Assembly (NCBI GenBank): GCA_022571985.1
Contig: JACZWU010000008.1
Span: 65,019 to 129,018 of the forward strand
DNA length: 64,000 bases
Direction: 5' to 3'
DNA from: Candidatus Zixiibacteriota bacterium
Lineage (GTDB): Bacteria > Zixibacteria > MSB-5A5 > GN15 > FEB-12
The notes under the pieces are model-generated. The model had not been told where the DNA came from and made no database searches. It saw only the letters and a program-made list of their open reading frames with translations. This document shows, piece after piece, positions 46,637 to 56,127 of the stretch; within the stretch, counting starts at the first letter, position 1; every line of letters starts with the position of its first letter. The position numbers and the translations under genes were made by a program.

Positions 46637-48355
46637 ATGATAAAAACGTTGAATGTTAAAATAGCGGTTTTCTATATTTCCCTGATACTGCTGACACCTG
46701 CGCTGGCACTCGCAGACGCTTTTCAAGTATTATCCAGTCAGATAATGGAAGAGCTGCAGTCATTTTATCCGGTTCGCGCAACTGAGATGGGGATTCACTC
46801 CTACGATCACCGCTTTACGGATTACTCGTCATCGTCGGTGAAAAAAATGATTGGCAAGCTTAATCGTTTTGAAAAGAAGCTCTACAAGTACCGCGGCGCC
46901 AAGCTGTCGGCCCATAACAAAATAAATTACAAACTCCTCAAGTCAAATGTCGATATCGCTCTGCAGGATTTGAAGAAAATCCGCTGGCATAAAAAGTCAC
47001 CGCAGCTTTATGTCGATGAGGCGGTCAATGGTCTCTATTTTCTGGTTCTCTCACCGCACGCGCCTATGTCTGAAAAGATCGCCACGATATTGGTCCGCAT
47101 GCGGGCAGTGCCTAAACTTTTTGCAACGGCCAGAAAAAACTTAAAGAAACCTCCAAAAATTTATATCGATGCCGCCATAAAATCGCTCGAAGATGGCATT
47201 AGTTTTTATAAGGACGTTGCTGGTGATATTTCAAAACAGCATCCCGAACGAGCCGATCAACTGATGAAATTCTCTACCCAGGCACGCGAAGCAATGAACG
47301 ATTTTATGAACTTCCTGTCGACTATGACTCCGGGCAGCGACAAATCATTTGCAATCGGTAAAAATAATTTTGACTATAAATTGAAAAACGAATATTTCCT
47401 GGATTATGATTCCGACTCGCTTCTAAAAATCGGCCAGACGCTTCTTAAACAAGCGCAAGAAAATTACCGGGAATATGCCGGCTATGTTGAGTCGAACCAC
47501 CAATCCGGCAATAACTCGGTTTTTGTACCGTCTACGTTTGCCAGCTCTGATATTCTGGACTACTACAACTGGGAAACGAATCAGGTCAGGCTGTTCTGCG
47601 AAAAAAATCAAATCGTATCGGTGCCCGAAGATATCGGTCAGGTAACAGTAGTTGAAACACCGGCTTTTCTGCGGTCCATGCATGCCGGCATCTCATATCA
47701 GCCGGCCGGTCCGTTTGACACGGTGCAGCACGGATATTTTTATGTTCGTCCGATTCCTAAGATAGACGAGCCCGGATTTTTGTCCGGTCGCTACCATTAT
47801 ATTCACCGCCGGGGATTTAAGGGCTCGGTTGTGCACGAAGCCTTCCCCGGACATCATCTGCAGCTGCAGCTGGCCAGGACGAACGATGACCCGCTGCGCA
47901 AATCGCAGTTCAATATCATGATGATCGAAGGCTGGGCTTTGTACTGTGAACAAATGATGTACGAAGAAGGCCTGTTCGGCCAAGAAAATGCCGCTCAATG
48001 GTTGGCGGTACTCGGTGGTATAAGATTCAGGGCAGCCCGTATTATTGCCGATATCAGCTTACATACCGGCCGGATGTCCTATAATGAATGTGTAGACTGG
48101 ATGATTGATGTACTGGAGCTTAAGACTGAATCGGAAAAGAAGTATATTCAATCTGAGGTTCGCCGATATACTCTTTCACCTACCTATCAGATGTCGTACC
48201 TGATGGGTAAGCGGGAGATAATGAAACTTCGCCAGGCCATGATGAAAAAAGAAGGTGACAACTTTGCACTTGGCAAGTTTCACGATGCTCTCTTGGCGGA
48301 GGGTTCAATAGCTCCGGCTTTGATGTGGCAGGTACTGGGCTTAAAGAAACCTTGA
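46637..48355 (+). CDS. DUF885-family (metallopeptidase-like) secreted protein
   Basis: ORF 46619..48355 trimmed to the ATG 4 nt after GGAGG. Signal peptide, and HEAFPGHHLQ motif. Confidence 0.8.
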   Translation: MIKTLNVKIAVFYISLILLTPALALADAFQVLSSQIMEELQSFYPVRATEMGIHSYDHRFTDYSSSSVKKMIGKLNRFEKKLYKYRGAKLSAHNKINYKLLKSNVDIALQDLKKIRWHKKSPQLYVDEAVNGLYFLVLSPHAPMSEKIATILVRMRAVPKLFATARKNLKKPPKIYIDAAIKSLEDGISFYKDVAGDISKQHPERADQLMKFSTQAREAMNDFMNFLSTMTPGSDKSFAIGKNNFDYKLKNEYFLDYDSDSLLKIGQTLLKQAQENYREYAGYVESNHQSGNNSVFVPSTFASSDILDYYNWETNQVRLFCEKNQIVSVPEDIGQVTVVETPAFLRSMHAGISYQPAGPFDTVQHGYFYVRPIPKIDEPGFLSGRYHYIHRRGFKGSVVHEAFPGHHLQLQLARTNDDPLRKSQFNIMMIEGWALYCEQMMYEEGLFGQENAAQWLAVLGGIRFRAARIIADISLHTGRMSYNECVDWMIDVLELKTESEKKYIQSEVRRYTLSPTYQMSYLMGKREIMKLRQAMMKKEGDNFALGKFHDALLAEGSIAPALMWQVLGLKKP

Positions 48356-48363
48356 GTAGATTT

Positions 48364-48401
48364 TTGTAGATCAGGACACTCCCCTTTGGCGTGGTCCTGA
48401 C
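48364..48401 (+). repeat. GTAGGTCAG-hairpin family, copy 3 (8 nt after the DUF885 stop)
   Basis: TTGTAGA-TCAGGAC..16 nt..GTCCTGA-C, with no T-run. Confidence 0.5.
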
Positions 48402-48425
48402 AAGTTAGTAGGTGTAGTTTAACAG

Positions 48426-49070
48426 ATGTCAAATTTCATTGTCATTTTGTCAGTAGCAATCTTCTTGCTCGCTCTGGCTACGCTAATTCGGCTGAGAGTA
48501 AAGCTTGACCTCTACCCCAATGTCAAAACTCTCTTTGCAGGATTGGGACGGACCGGAATCAGAATTGATATTTCCAGTAAGACCCGTTCATTTATTTTTG
48601 CAGGACGATCTATCAAAACATTTTCGACTATAAAAACCCCCGACAAAAAAACGTCTGAAGAAATATCTAAAACTGTCAAAAAACAAAAACCTGGCCGTGA
48701 ACGTTCGCTAAAAAAAATAGCAGCAGTCTTACCGGCTACGCTAAAAGCGCTGGGCAGTTACCTCTATTCGATACTCAAAAGCGCGGCGATCGAAGAATTT
48801 GACGGTGAGATAAATGCCGGTTTTGGCCCTCCCCATATTACCGGCGCCGCTTTTGGCTTTTATCAGGCAACTCTGGCCGGTATTCCGGCAATCGCCGGAC
48901 GGTTTAAGTATATACCCGACTGGAACGGCCTGTCTTTTCAAGGGCAGCTCAGATTAAGCGTCTCAATCCCTCTTTACAGGCTGCTTCTTAAGACTGTGGT
49001 GATGCTCTGGCAGCTTCCCTTAAGAGAGTTGCTAAAATTGGCGATAGGAACAAAGAAGGCTCAAACTTGA
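48426..49070 (+). CDS. DUF2953 (YtfI-like) membrane-anchored protein
   Basis: N-terminal TM helix followed by LIRLRVKLDL... It sits upstream of a GerW/YtfJ gene, as in the Bacillus ytfI-ytfJ pair. Confidence 0.6.
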   Translation: MSNFIVILSVAIFLLALATLIRLRVKLDLYPNVKTLFAGLGRTGIRIDISSKTRSFIFAGRSIKTFSTIKTPDKKTSEEISKTVKKQKPGRERSLKKIAAVLPATLKALGSYLYSILKSAAIEEFDGEINAGFGPPHITGAAFGFYQATLAGIPAIAGRFKYIPDWNGLSFQGQLRLSVSIPLYRLLLKTVVMLWQLPLRELLKLAIGTKKAQT

Positions 49071-49191
49071 GAATATAATTCTTGAGCAGGTCAGAACCAA
49101 AAATCCTTCGACTCCCTCGAGTACGTGGGACTATGTCCGCTCAGGATGACGGTTTTGACGAATAGACATATTGAGCCGAAAGGAAAATAGG

Positions 49192-49605
49192 ATGGCTGAA
49201 AAAACGAATAACGTAGTAGAAATTCTCAAGGCAGTTGTCGGAGAACTCAAAGATATCTCCCGTTCGGAAACCATTATCGGTGAGCCGGTTACTATCGGCA
49301 GCCGGACAGTCATTCCAATTGTCAAAATATCTGTCGGCTTTGGCGCCGGCGGCGGACAGAGTGAAAGTAATAAAATCGGCGAAGGTTTTGGCGGCGGTGG
49401 TGGAGGCGGCGCCAGAATCGAGCCGGCAGCTTTTATTATAATGGACGACGACGGCGTTTCGCTGTTACCTGCCACCAAAGGCTCCTGGGAATCTTTGATA
49501 GACGCCATCCCAGGCATCGCCAGCAAAATTTCCAAAGTAGCTAAGAAGTTTAGTTCAAAGTCTGACGCTTCAGATGCAGACTCCGGCGATTCAGAAGACG
49601 ATTAA
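49192..49605 (+). CDS. GerW/YtfJ-family protein
   Basis: ORF 49171..49605 trimmed. GEPVTIGSRTVIPIVKISVGFGAGGG ... GGGGGGARIEPAAFIIMDDDGV is the family signature. Confidence 0.8.
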   Translation: MAEKTNNVVEILKAVVGELKDISRSETIIGEPVTIGSRTVIPIVKISVGFGAGGGQSESNKIGEGFGGGGGGGARIEPAAFIIMDDDGVSLLPATKGSWESLIDAIPGIASKISKVAKKFSSKSDASDADSGDSEDD

Positions 49606-49612
49606 TTCTTTC

Positions 49613-49659
49613 TTGTAGGTCAGAACCTCGCATACTTGCGTACTCATGATGGTCCTGAC
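49613..49659 (+). repeat. GTAGGTCAG-hairpin family, copy 4 (7 nt after the GerW stop)
   Basis: TTGTAG-GTCAGAACC..23 nt..GGTCCTGAC (one mismatch in the stem). Confidence 0.5.
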
Positions 49660-50026
49660 ATTTACTTTATTATTCCCACGTTTCTTGCCTTTCCAGCTTT
49701 AGTCCCTTTAAGGGGCGTAGGTTGGAATCCATCTTTCCTTTCATGTTACTATGTTTCACCGCATTACAGCGTATTTGCTACTATTCAGAAATGGGTTCGT
49801 TTTGTCATATTTAGTTTCTAATAATATATTTTGTGGTGAATCTGTCTTTGGTAGCCCTTGTCATTTTATTCTCAATTCATAGTTATTGGGTATATCCTCT
49901 CGTAAAGAGGTAGAGCGGAGTATTTTGTAGTGATTTGTGAGTTTATTTGTGGTTGGGTTGTTTATTGTTGTATTAAGTGCGGAGAAAGTGATTGACTAAC
50001 GTTCTTTATGTATGTAATCAATTAAT

Positions 50027-51364
50027 ATGATAGATAAAGAAGCCTTATTACAACTGATATATCAGGGTTTTGAACGCACCAATCTTGACTATAAGCGAAG
50101 CATTCCTTGGGAAAAGGATACACAGTTTGAATTAACTAAAGATATTCTATGTTTCGCTAATTCCGGTGGCGGCTACATAATCATAGGAGTTGATGAATCA
50201 GGTAAGACTGAAGAAGAAAAGTTTACAGGTGTTGACGAAGATCATATAGAAACCTGGGATGTTACAAAAGTACTTAATACCGTTTCTGGATTTAGCTCTT
50301 CTCCCATAGACCTAAATCTAATTCCAATTCCCGATGAAAACAAGAACAGGATGTTCTTGGTTCTTAATATTCCTTCACATGGATCTGCTCCACATGTCTG
50401 TATGAAGAACAAGCAGGATAGCAAAGGGAAACGCATCCTAAGAAAAGGGGCAATATACTCTCGAACCAATAAGAAATCTTGTGAGGAGATATCCGACCCT
50501 ACGGAAGTAGCAGAGCTGATTAGGCGTTGCGTATTGAAAGACAAAGAGAAGTTGTTGAAAGAGATATCTAGCATCATATCATCGGGTAATAAGGCAAACA
50601 GAAGTGCAGTCAATCAAATCGACTCTTTTAGGATAATGGATCAATATTCAGAACATGCGGATAGTTTTAGTACAATAAGGAAACAAGATTTTACTTTTTG
50701 GGAAGTGGCCTGCATTCCTCAAGAAAAATGGATAGAATTTACAATGGAAAATAACAGGAGTGCTCTTTGCGAGGCTTGTTGGGACTATAGAGGTTGGCCA
50801 TTCATTTTCTATCTTCCCAATTCCAGTTCACCTCCAAGAACTCGGAAAGATTGCTTATTCGCGGTTGATGTAAAACCGTTTGCGACCAAGAGCCGATTTA
50901 ACTATTGGACTTTCGATTACGCAAATGGAATTTTCTACTCAAAGAATTTGACACATGAGTCAGCAACAGGTCATCAGCATAATTTCGACCCAGAAATTCA
51001 AATAAAGTTACTAGCAGAAGCGGTAATTTCAGTAGCAAGGATTTACTCTTTTTTGGGGGCGAAATCTGACGGCTCATATACATTTGCTCTGAGATATACA
51101 GGCATGAATGATATGAAAATACAATCTATCTCACCACCTGATATCTGGTATCCATCTACCGAAAGCTTTAGTGATGAAAATCTTACTCTGGCAAGAACAT
51201 ATGAACTAACTCGTTTAGAGTATGACAATGACATAATAGCATCTGAATTGTTGGTTGAACTCATTCATAGGATAGGGTTTCGTGGTAGACTTCCCTCATA
51301 CGCATTTGCTGAAAAAGCGAAAACATATTTAGCAAAAGGGAACAGAGCTTGTGATAGTATCTGA
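50027..51364 (+). CDS. Schlafen/AlbA_2-like N-terminal domain protein with uncharacterised C-terminal half
   Basis: ERTNLDYKRSIPWEKDTQFELTKDILCFANSGGGYIIIGVDESGK matches the AlbA_2 signature (E..EfK......i.k.i.AfaN..GG.l.iGV.d.G). The gene is visibly more AT-rich than its neighbours. Confidence 0.6.
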   Translation: MIDKEALLQLIYQGFERTNLDYKRSIPWEKDTQFELTKDILCFANSGGGYIIIGVDESGKTEEEKFTGVDEDHIETWDVTKVLNTVSGFSSSPIDLNLIPIPDENKNRMFLVLNIPSHGSAPHVCMKNKQDSKGKRILRKGAIYSRTNKKSCEEISDPTEVAELIRRCVLKDKEKLLKEISSIISSGNKANRSAVNQIDSFRIMDQYSEHADSFSTIRKQDFTFWEVACIPQEKWIEFTMENNRSALCEACWDYRGWPFIFYLPNSSSPPRTRKDCLFAVDVKPFATKSRFNYWTFDYANGIFYSKNLTHESATGHQHNFDPEIQIKLLAEAVISVARIYSFLGAKSDGSYTFALRYTGMNDMKIQSISPPDIWYPSTESFSDENLTLARTYELTRLEYDNDIIASELLVELIHRIGFRGRLPSYAFAEKAKTYLAKGNRACDSI

Positions 51365-51375
51365 GTAATTTAGAT

Positions 51376-52230
51376 ATGAGTATGATTGATAAGAATAAAG
51401 AATATACTTGTCTGATTAATCCCAATTTTCAATTGTCCAAACAGTATCCTAAGTATTTTGAGCTAATTGACGAATTGATAATTCTCTTTGATAAGATCCA
51501 AGAGGGGGTCAGCAGAAAAGGAATCAAGCCGAGCCCGGAAAATCTATTTCAAGTTATTGTACTTGTAAGTGGGCCAAAGACAATGAACTCTGTTCTATCA
51601 ATTGGTCATCTATGTGATCAGGGTTTGACGGAAGACGCGAGATCAGTATTAAGAAAAATACTTGAAGTCTCTGGCACTTTATCATATTTGAAAAAGGATG
51701 ATGAAAAAATTGAAGAAAGAGTAAAAAGATTTTTCCATTTTGGAAGCATTGAGAATAAAATGTCATTGGTTTTAACAGAGAAGTATCCTGAGCGATTTTC
51801 TGAGTACATAGTGGAATATTTTGGACGAAAGAAGCAAGAATTTGAAACAGCCTATAATTATGTTAAGCAATTCTATCCCCGAAAGAATAATGGGGATATC
51901 AAAGGAGATTTTCATAGACATTGGGATGGAAAAAGTTTAACTAGAATAATTCTAGAAAGTGGTATGTCAAAGGAGTTAGTTCCATTTTCGGTATTCTCTC
52001 ATTCTACCCATTTTTCGGCTAGCGATATCGGCTCTTATGTAAACCTTGAAAGCGGAGAAGTTTATACTAAACACAATCTAGATGAAGTACCACATTTACT
52101 TATTAGCACACTAAAGTTATCAATTATAATCATGCAATTTTTGGATTTAGAGTTCAATCTTGATTTCGAAAAACCTATATTGGTACTATTGGATAAAGTC
52201 TCCATTGCAGATAAAAGACTCAATTCCTAG
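51376..52230 (+). CDS. hypothetical protein, DUF5677-like
   Basis: Lies 11 nt after the previous stop and has the same AT-rich composition. KTMNSVLSIGHLCDQGLTEDARSVLRKILEVSGTLSYL resembles the DUF5677 helical core as I recall it. The assignment is tentative. Confidence 0.45.
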   Translation: MSMIDKNKEYTCLINPNFQLSKQYPKYFELIDELIILFDKIQEGVSRKGIKPSPENLFQVIVLVSGPKTMNSVLSIGHLCDQGLTEDARSVLRKILEVSGTLSYLKKDDEKIEERVKRFFHFGSIENKMSLVLTEKYPERFSEYIVEYFGRKKQEFETAYNYVKQFYPRKNNGDIKGDFHRHWDGKSLTRIILESGMSKELVPFSVFSHSTHFSASDIGSYVNLESGEVYTKHNLDEVPHLLISTLKLSIIIMQFLDLEFNLDFEKPILVLLDKVSIADKRLNS

Positions 52231-52649
52231 AATTTTTGGATTCTAGCTTCCGCCCCTAGCTTAGCGGGTTTCAAGTTCGAAAGACAGAAGAAAGCACTGT
52301 AATCAATCAAAATCACTCTTTTACACCACCCAATTAAACAATTGCCTAACAGGGACCTATGTGGTATAATTAAGGCTGAGTTAGAAAATCGGCCTTTAGG
52401 GATTGCTTCGTCAAACCGTAAGTGTCGAAACCACACCCAGGAGGCGGGTTTCGACCTACTCGTAGAAATCTTAGATTGCCACGTTATGCCGTCCAGACGG
52501 GATATCCTCGCAATGACGACTTTCGCTTCCCAAATGGGAATAGGACGCAGTAGCGAAAGAACCCGACGATGTAATGTCGGGTGTGCAGAAATTGAACAGC
52601 TGGCCGATAATAATAATAGAGCCTCTGGCTCTATAAAGGAGTAAGAAAA

Positions 52650-52961
52650 TTGGATTTTCAATGGCCTCTTTTGATGGCTAGCCCGGACGGCGGCGGGGGC
52701 GGAATGTTCACCATGGTATGGTTTGGACTGATAATACTGCTGATGTATTTTCTGATGATTCACCCCCAGAGAAAAAAGCAAAAGGAACATAAGCTGCTTT
52801 TGGAACAGTTAAAAAAAGGCGATAAAGTGGTCACCACCGGCGGCATGTTCGGGACCGTTTTCGCCATAGATGATAAAAATAGCAAAATTGTGATTCGTAT
52901 TAACGAAAACACAAAATTAGAGTTTTTGAAATCGTCCATCGCCGCCAGAGTGGACGACTGA
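52650..52961 (+). CDS. yajC: preprotein translocase subunit YajC
   Basis: TTG start 8 nt after AAGGAG. One TM helix, then PQRKKQKEHKLLLEQLKKGDKVVTTGGMFGTV. Confidence 0.85.
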   Translation: MDFQWPLLMASPDGGGGGMFTMVWFGLIILLMYFLMIHPQRKKQKEHKLLLEQLKKGDKVVTTGGMFGTVFAIDDKNSKIVIRINENTKLEFLKSSIAARVDD

Positions 52962-52981
52962 AAATTTATTAGGAGTTTTTT

Positions 52982-53491
52982 GTGGCAGAACGGCAGATCG
53001 TCAAATACGGCGATCCCGTATTGCGGGAAGTTTCCGAACCGGTTGAAAATATCAATTCGGAAATAAAAGATTTGGTGTCGGATTTGATCGACACTCTAAA
53101 AGAAGCCAGCGGCCTGGGATTGGCCGCAGTGCAAATTGGTGTCTTGTTGCGCCTGTTCATTGTTGATATGAGCGCAATCGACCCGACAGCTGCTCTCAAG
53201 GTCTATATCAACCCCGAAATTCTGGAAACGTCCGCAGAACAGATTGAATTGGAAGAGGGATGTTTATCATTTCCGGGCATTTACCAGAAAGTCACCAGAC
53301 CGGTCAGAGTTAAAGTTCGAGCAACTGATATTGATGGAAACGTTTTCGAAGAAGAGCTCGACCAAATGCCGGCCCGTGCAGTACTGCACGAGTATGACCA
53401 TTTAGAGGGAAAGCTGTTTATCGATCACCTGACACCCCTTGCTAAAACGATGTTAAAAGGCCAGCTTAAGAAATTGGCACAGGCTTCATAA
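52982..53491 (+). CDS. def: peptide deformylase
   Basis: GTG start 6 nt after AGGAG. GLAAVQIG, EGCLSFPG and HEYDHLEG motifs. Confidence 0.95.
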   Translation: MAERQIVKYGDPVLREVSEPVENINSEIKDLVSDLIDTLKEASGLGLAAVQIGVLLRLFIVDMSAIDPTAALKVYINPEILETSAEQIELEEGCLSFPGIYQKVTRPVRVKVRATDIDGNVFEEELDQMPARAVLHEYDHLEGKLFIDHLTPLAKTMLKGQLKKLAQAS

Positions 53492-53556
53492 GAGTTTATA
53501 GGCTTTATCTTCCCCCGCTTTAGTTTTGCTTATTTTTGCCACAGCATTTGAATAAA

Positions 53557-54486
53557 ATGAAAATTGTATTTATGGGCACACCCGAGTTTGCCTGCGTGCC
53601 GCTGACTGCGCTGCATAATAGTGAACACACTATTGCAACAGTCGTGACCGGCCCGGACAAACCAGCCGGACGAGGCAAGAACCTGCGGCCTACCGCGGTT
53701 AAAGAGCTAGCCGAACAGTTTGCTCTGCCAGTTATAGCGCCGGAATCGCTCAGGAGCGAAGAGTTCTATCAAGAGCTTAAAACAATCGCGCCTGATCTTA
53801 TTGTAGTGGTCGCTTTTCGGATTCTGCCGGAGCGGATATTTGGTTTGCCCAAATTCGGCTCGCTAAATATTCATGGTTCGCTTTTACCCAGATACCGGGG
53901 AGCGGCGCCGATCCAATGGGCGCTGATAAACGGTGAAAAAGAAACCGGTCTGACTTCGTTTCTCTTAAAAAGCAAAGTCGACACCGGTAATATTATTTTA
54001 CAGCAAAAAACAAAAATTGATGATAACGAAAATTACGATTCTCTCTACAAGAGGCTATCAGAGATGGCTGGCCGGTTTCTGCTTGATTCTATCAAAAAGA
54101 TAGAGTCAAAAGATTTTAGACCAGTCAGCCAGGACGAAACACTCTCGACACCGGCGCCTAAACTGAAAAGCAGCGATGCTCTGCTTGATTTTGAGAAATC
54201 AGCAGTCAAAGTCCACAACCTCATTCGCGGACTTGCCACCAGACCGGGAGCGTTTACTTTTTTCAGGGGGAAAAAGATCAAAGTCTATGAGTCGAAGCTT
54301 TCAGACAAAGCACCAGAAGGCTCGGCCAAACCGGGGACAATTCTGCATAATAAGTCTGAGCTTTTGGTGCAGTGTGACAATTCGGTTCTCGAATTGACTG
54401 AGCTGCTGCCTGAAGGGAAAAAGGTGATGGACGGTCGGTCGTTTATAAACGGCTACCGCCTAAAATCCGGAGAATCGTTTGACTAA
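53557..54486 (+). CDS. fmt: methionyl-tRNA formyltransferase
   Basis: ORF 53536..54486 trimmed to MKIVFMGTPEFA. NIHGSLLPRYRGAAPIQWALING motif. Confidence 0.9.
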   Translation: MKIVFMGTPEFACVPLTALHNSEHTIATVVTGPDKPAGRGKNLRPTAVKELAEQFALPVIAPESLRSEEFYQELKTIAPDLIVVVAFRILPERIFGLPKFGSLNIHGSLLPRYRGAAPIQWALINGEKETGLTSFLLKSKVDTGNIILQQKTKIDDNENYDSLYKRLSEMAGRFLLDSIKKIESKDFRPVSQDETLSTPAPKLKSSDALLDFEKSAVKVHNLIRGLATRPGAFTFFRGKKIKVYESKLSDKAPEGSAKPGTILHNKSELLVQCDNSVLELTELLPEGKKVMDGRSFINGYRLKSGESFD

Positions 54487-54526
54487 AGAAAATTTATCCG
54501 CTTAAAAAAGCGAAGAAGGAAACAAA

Positions 54527-56062
54527 TTGAAAAAACAAATTTTAGTAAACACAACCGAGTTTGAAACGCGCGTAGCTCTGCTTGAAGACGACCGTCTGGT
54601 TGAATTGATGTCGGTGCGGCGCGATGAAAAACGGATTGTCGGTAACATTTACAAAGGCGTTATAAAAACAGTCCTGCCGGGAATGCAGGCCGCTTTTGTG
54701 GATATCGGCTTGGAAGGCAAAGCCGCTTATTTGCATTCGTCGGATATAGGCAAGATGTACGACAACAGCGGCTACGACGATGACGATGTCGAAGCTCCGG
54801 CAGACATTATCCGCAAACACCGCCGGGCCGGAATAGAAACCGTTCTGAAAACAGACCAGGAAATTTTGGTTCAGGTTATTAAAGAACAGATATCCACCAA
54901 AGGTCCCCGGGTGGCTACGGAGATTTCCATACCCGGACGTTACGTGGTACTTGTTCCCAACGACGACCATATCAGAATTTCAAAACGTATCGCCAACTGG
55001 AACGAAAAGAAGCGTCTTCGCAAGATTGTCGAAAATTACCGACCTGAAGGATTTGGTCTCATTGTCCGTACCGAAGGAGAAGGGAAAAAAGATGCCGAGT
55101 TTAAGATGGACATCAAACGGGTCTTAAAACTGTGGACCAAGCTCAAAAGAAAAGCAGACAGCTCGACAGCACCGGAATTGATCCATCAGGAAGAAGAAAT
55201 GCTGGTCGGTATGATTCGCGATGTTTTTAACGATGAAATTGAAAGTTTGGTTTGCGATAACAAAGACGATTACAAAAAAGTAGTCAGCTATGCCCGTACC
55301 ATAGCGCCGGAACTTCGTAAGAAAGTAAAAATCTACAAAGGCAGCCTGCCTCTTTTTGATACCTACGATTTGGAAACGGAAATCGACAAGATGCTTGACC
55401 GCAAAGTCTGGATTCGCAAAGGCGCTTATCTGATAATTGACCAGACCGAAGCCATGGTAACTATCGACGTCAACACCGGCCGTTTTGTGGGCGGCAAAGA
55501 CCAGGAAAAAACAATTTTAATGGTCAATCTTGAGGCGGCTCGCGAGACCGCCAGACAGATACGGCTGCGAGATATCGGCGGACTGATTGTCTGCGACTTT
55601 ATAGATATGTACAGCCATGACAACCGCCGAAGACTTTACGAAGAGTTCAGCCGCTGTTTTCAGCACGACCGTGCCAAACGTGCCATAAACACCGTTACAG
55701 ATTTTGGACTTATAGAAATGACGCGCGAGCGGGTACGTGTTTCTCATATGCATCATCTTTCAGAGCCCTGCCCTTATTGCGGGGGACTGGGACGAGTGGC
55801 ATCAAAAGAAACAATGGCCACCAAAATCGAACGCTGGTTCCAGCGAGCCAAAGCCGATGGCAGTCTGAAATCTTTCCATCTGGCGGTCAGCCCGCTGCTC
55901 GCCGAAGCTATGAGCGATAACGGCTCTAACAGAATTGAACGGCTGATGAAAAACTATAAGTTCAAAATAAATCTTGTCAGAGACACAACTATTCCCATTC
56001 AGGAATACAAAGTTTACAACGCCGAAAACAATCAGGAGATAACTGCCAGGTTTAAGGTCTAA
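54527..56062 (+). CDS. rng: ribonuclease G/E family endoribonuclease
   Basis: S1 domain GNIYKGVIKTVLPGMQAAFVDIG, DFIDM, and the zinc-link CPYCGG. Confidence 0.85.
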   Translation: MKKQILVNTTEFETRVALLEDDRLVELMSVRRDEKRIVGNIYKGVIKTVLPGMQAAFVDIGLEGKAAYLHSSDIGKMYDNSGYDDDDVEAPADIIRKHRRAGIETVLKTDQEILVQVIKEQISTKGPRVATEISIPGRYVVLVPNDDHIRISKRIANWNEKKRLRKIVENYRPEGFGLIVRTEGEGKKDAEFKMDIKRVLKLWTKLKRKADSSTAPELIHQEEEMLVGMIRDVFNDEIESLVCDNKDDYKKVVSYARTIAPELRKKVKIYKGSLPLFDTYDLETEIDKMLDRKVWIRKGAYLIIDQTEAMVTIDVNTGRFVGGKDQEKTILMVNLEAARETARQIRLRDIGGLIVCDFIDMYSHDNRRRLYEEFSRCFQHDRAKRAINTVTDFGLIEMTRERVRVSHMHHLSEPCPYCGGLGRVASKETMATKIERWFQRAKADGSLKSFHLAVSPLLAEAMSDNGSNRIERLMKNYKFKINLVRDTTIPIQEYKVYNAENNQEITARFKV

Positions 56063-56127
56063 ATTCCGGCAAAATTGCTGACAAGAATATTGTAGCCTGT
56101 CTGCGGACTATTCGTTATAATTAACTT

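Noticed and set aside
52441-52560. tmRNA (ssrA)-like look of GGAGGCGGGTTTCGAC... and CTCGCAATGACGACTTTCGCT (cf. GGGGCTG..GGATTCGAC and TCGCAAACGACGAAAACTACGCT).
   Set aside because: No frame gives a short tag ending in hydrophobic residues plus a stop. The frames read on for more than 40 codons or give ..NGNRTQ*. There is no 3' tRNA-like T-arm/ACCA end on either strand before yajC, and the 5' end lacks the GGGG acceptor with a matching 3' partner.
52227-52790. 187-aa minus-strand ORF spanning the structured intergenic region and the start of yajC.
   Set aside because: It overlaps the well-supported yajC start and its SD, has no recognisable motifs and no SD, and runs through the hairpin-dense region.
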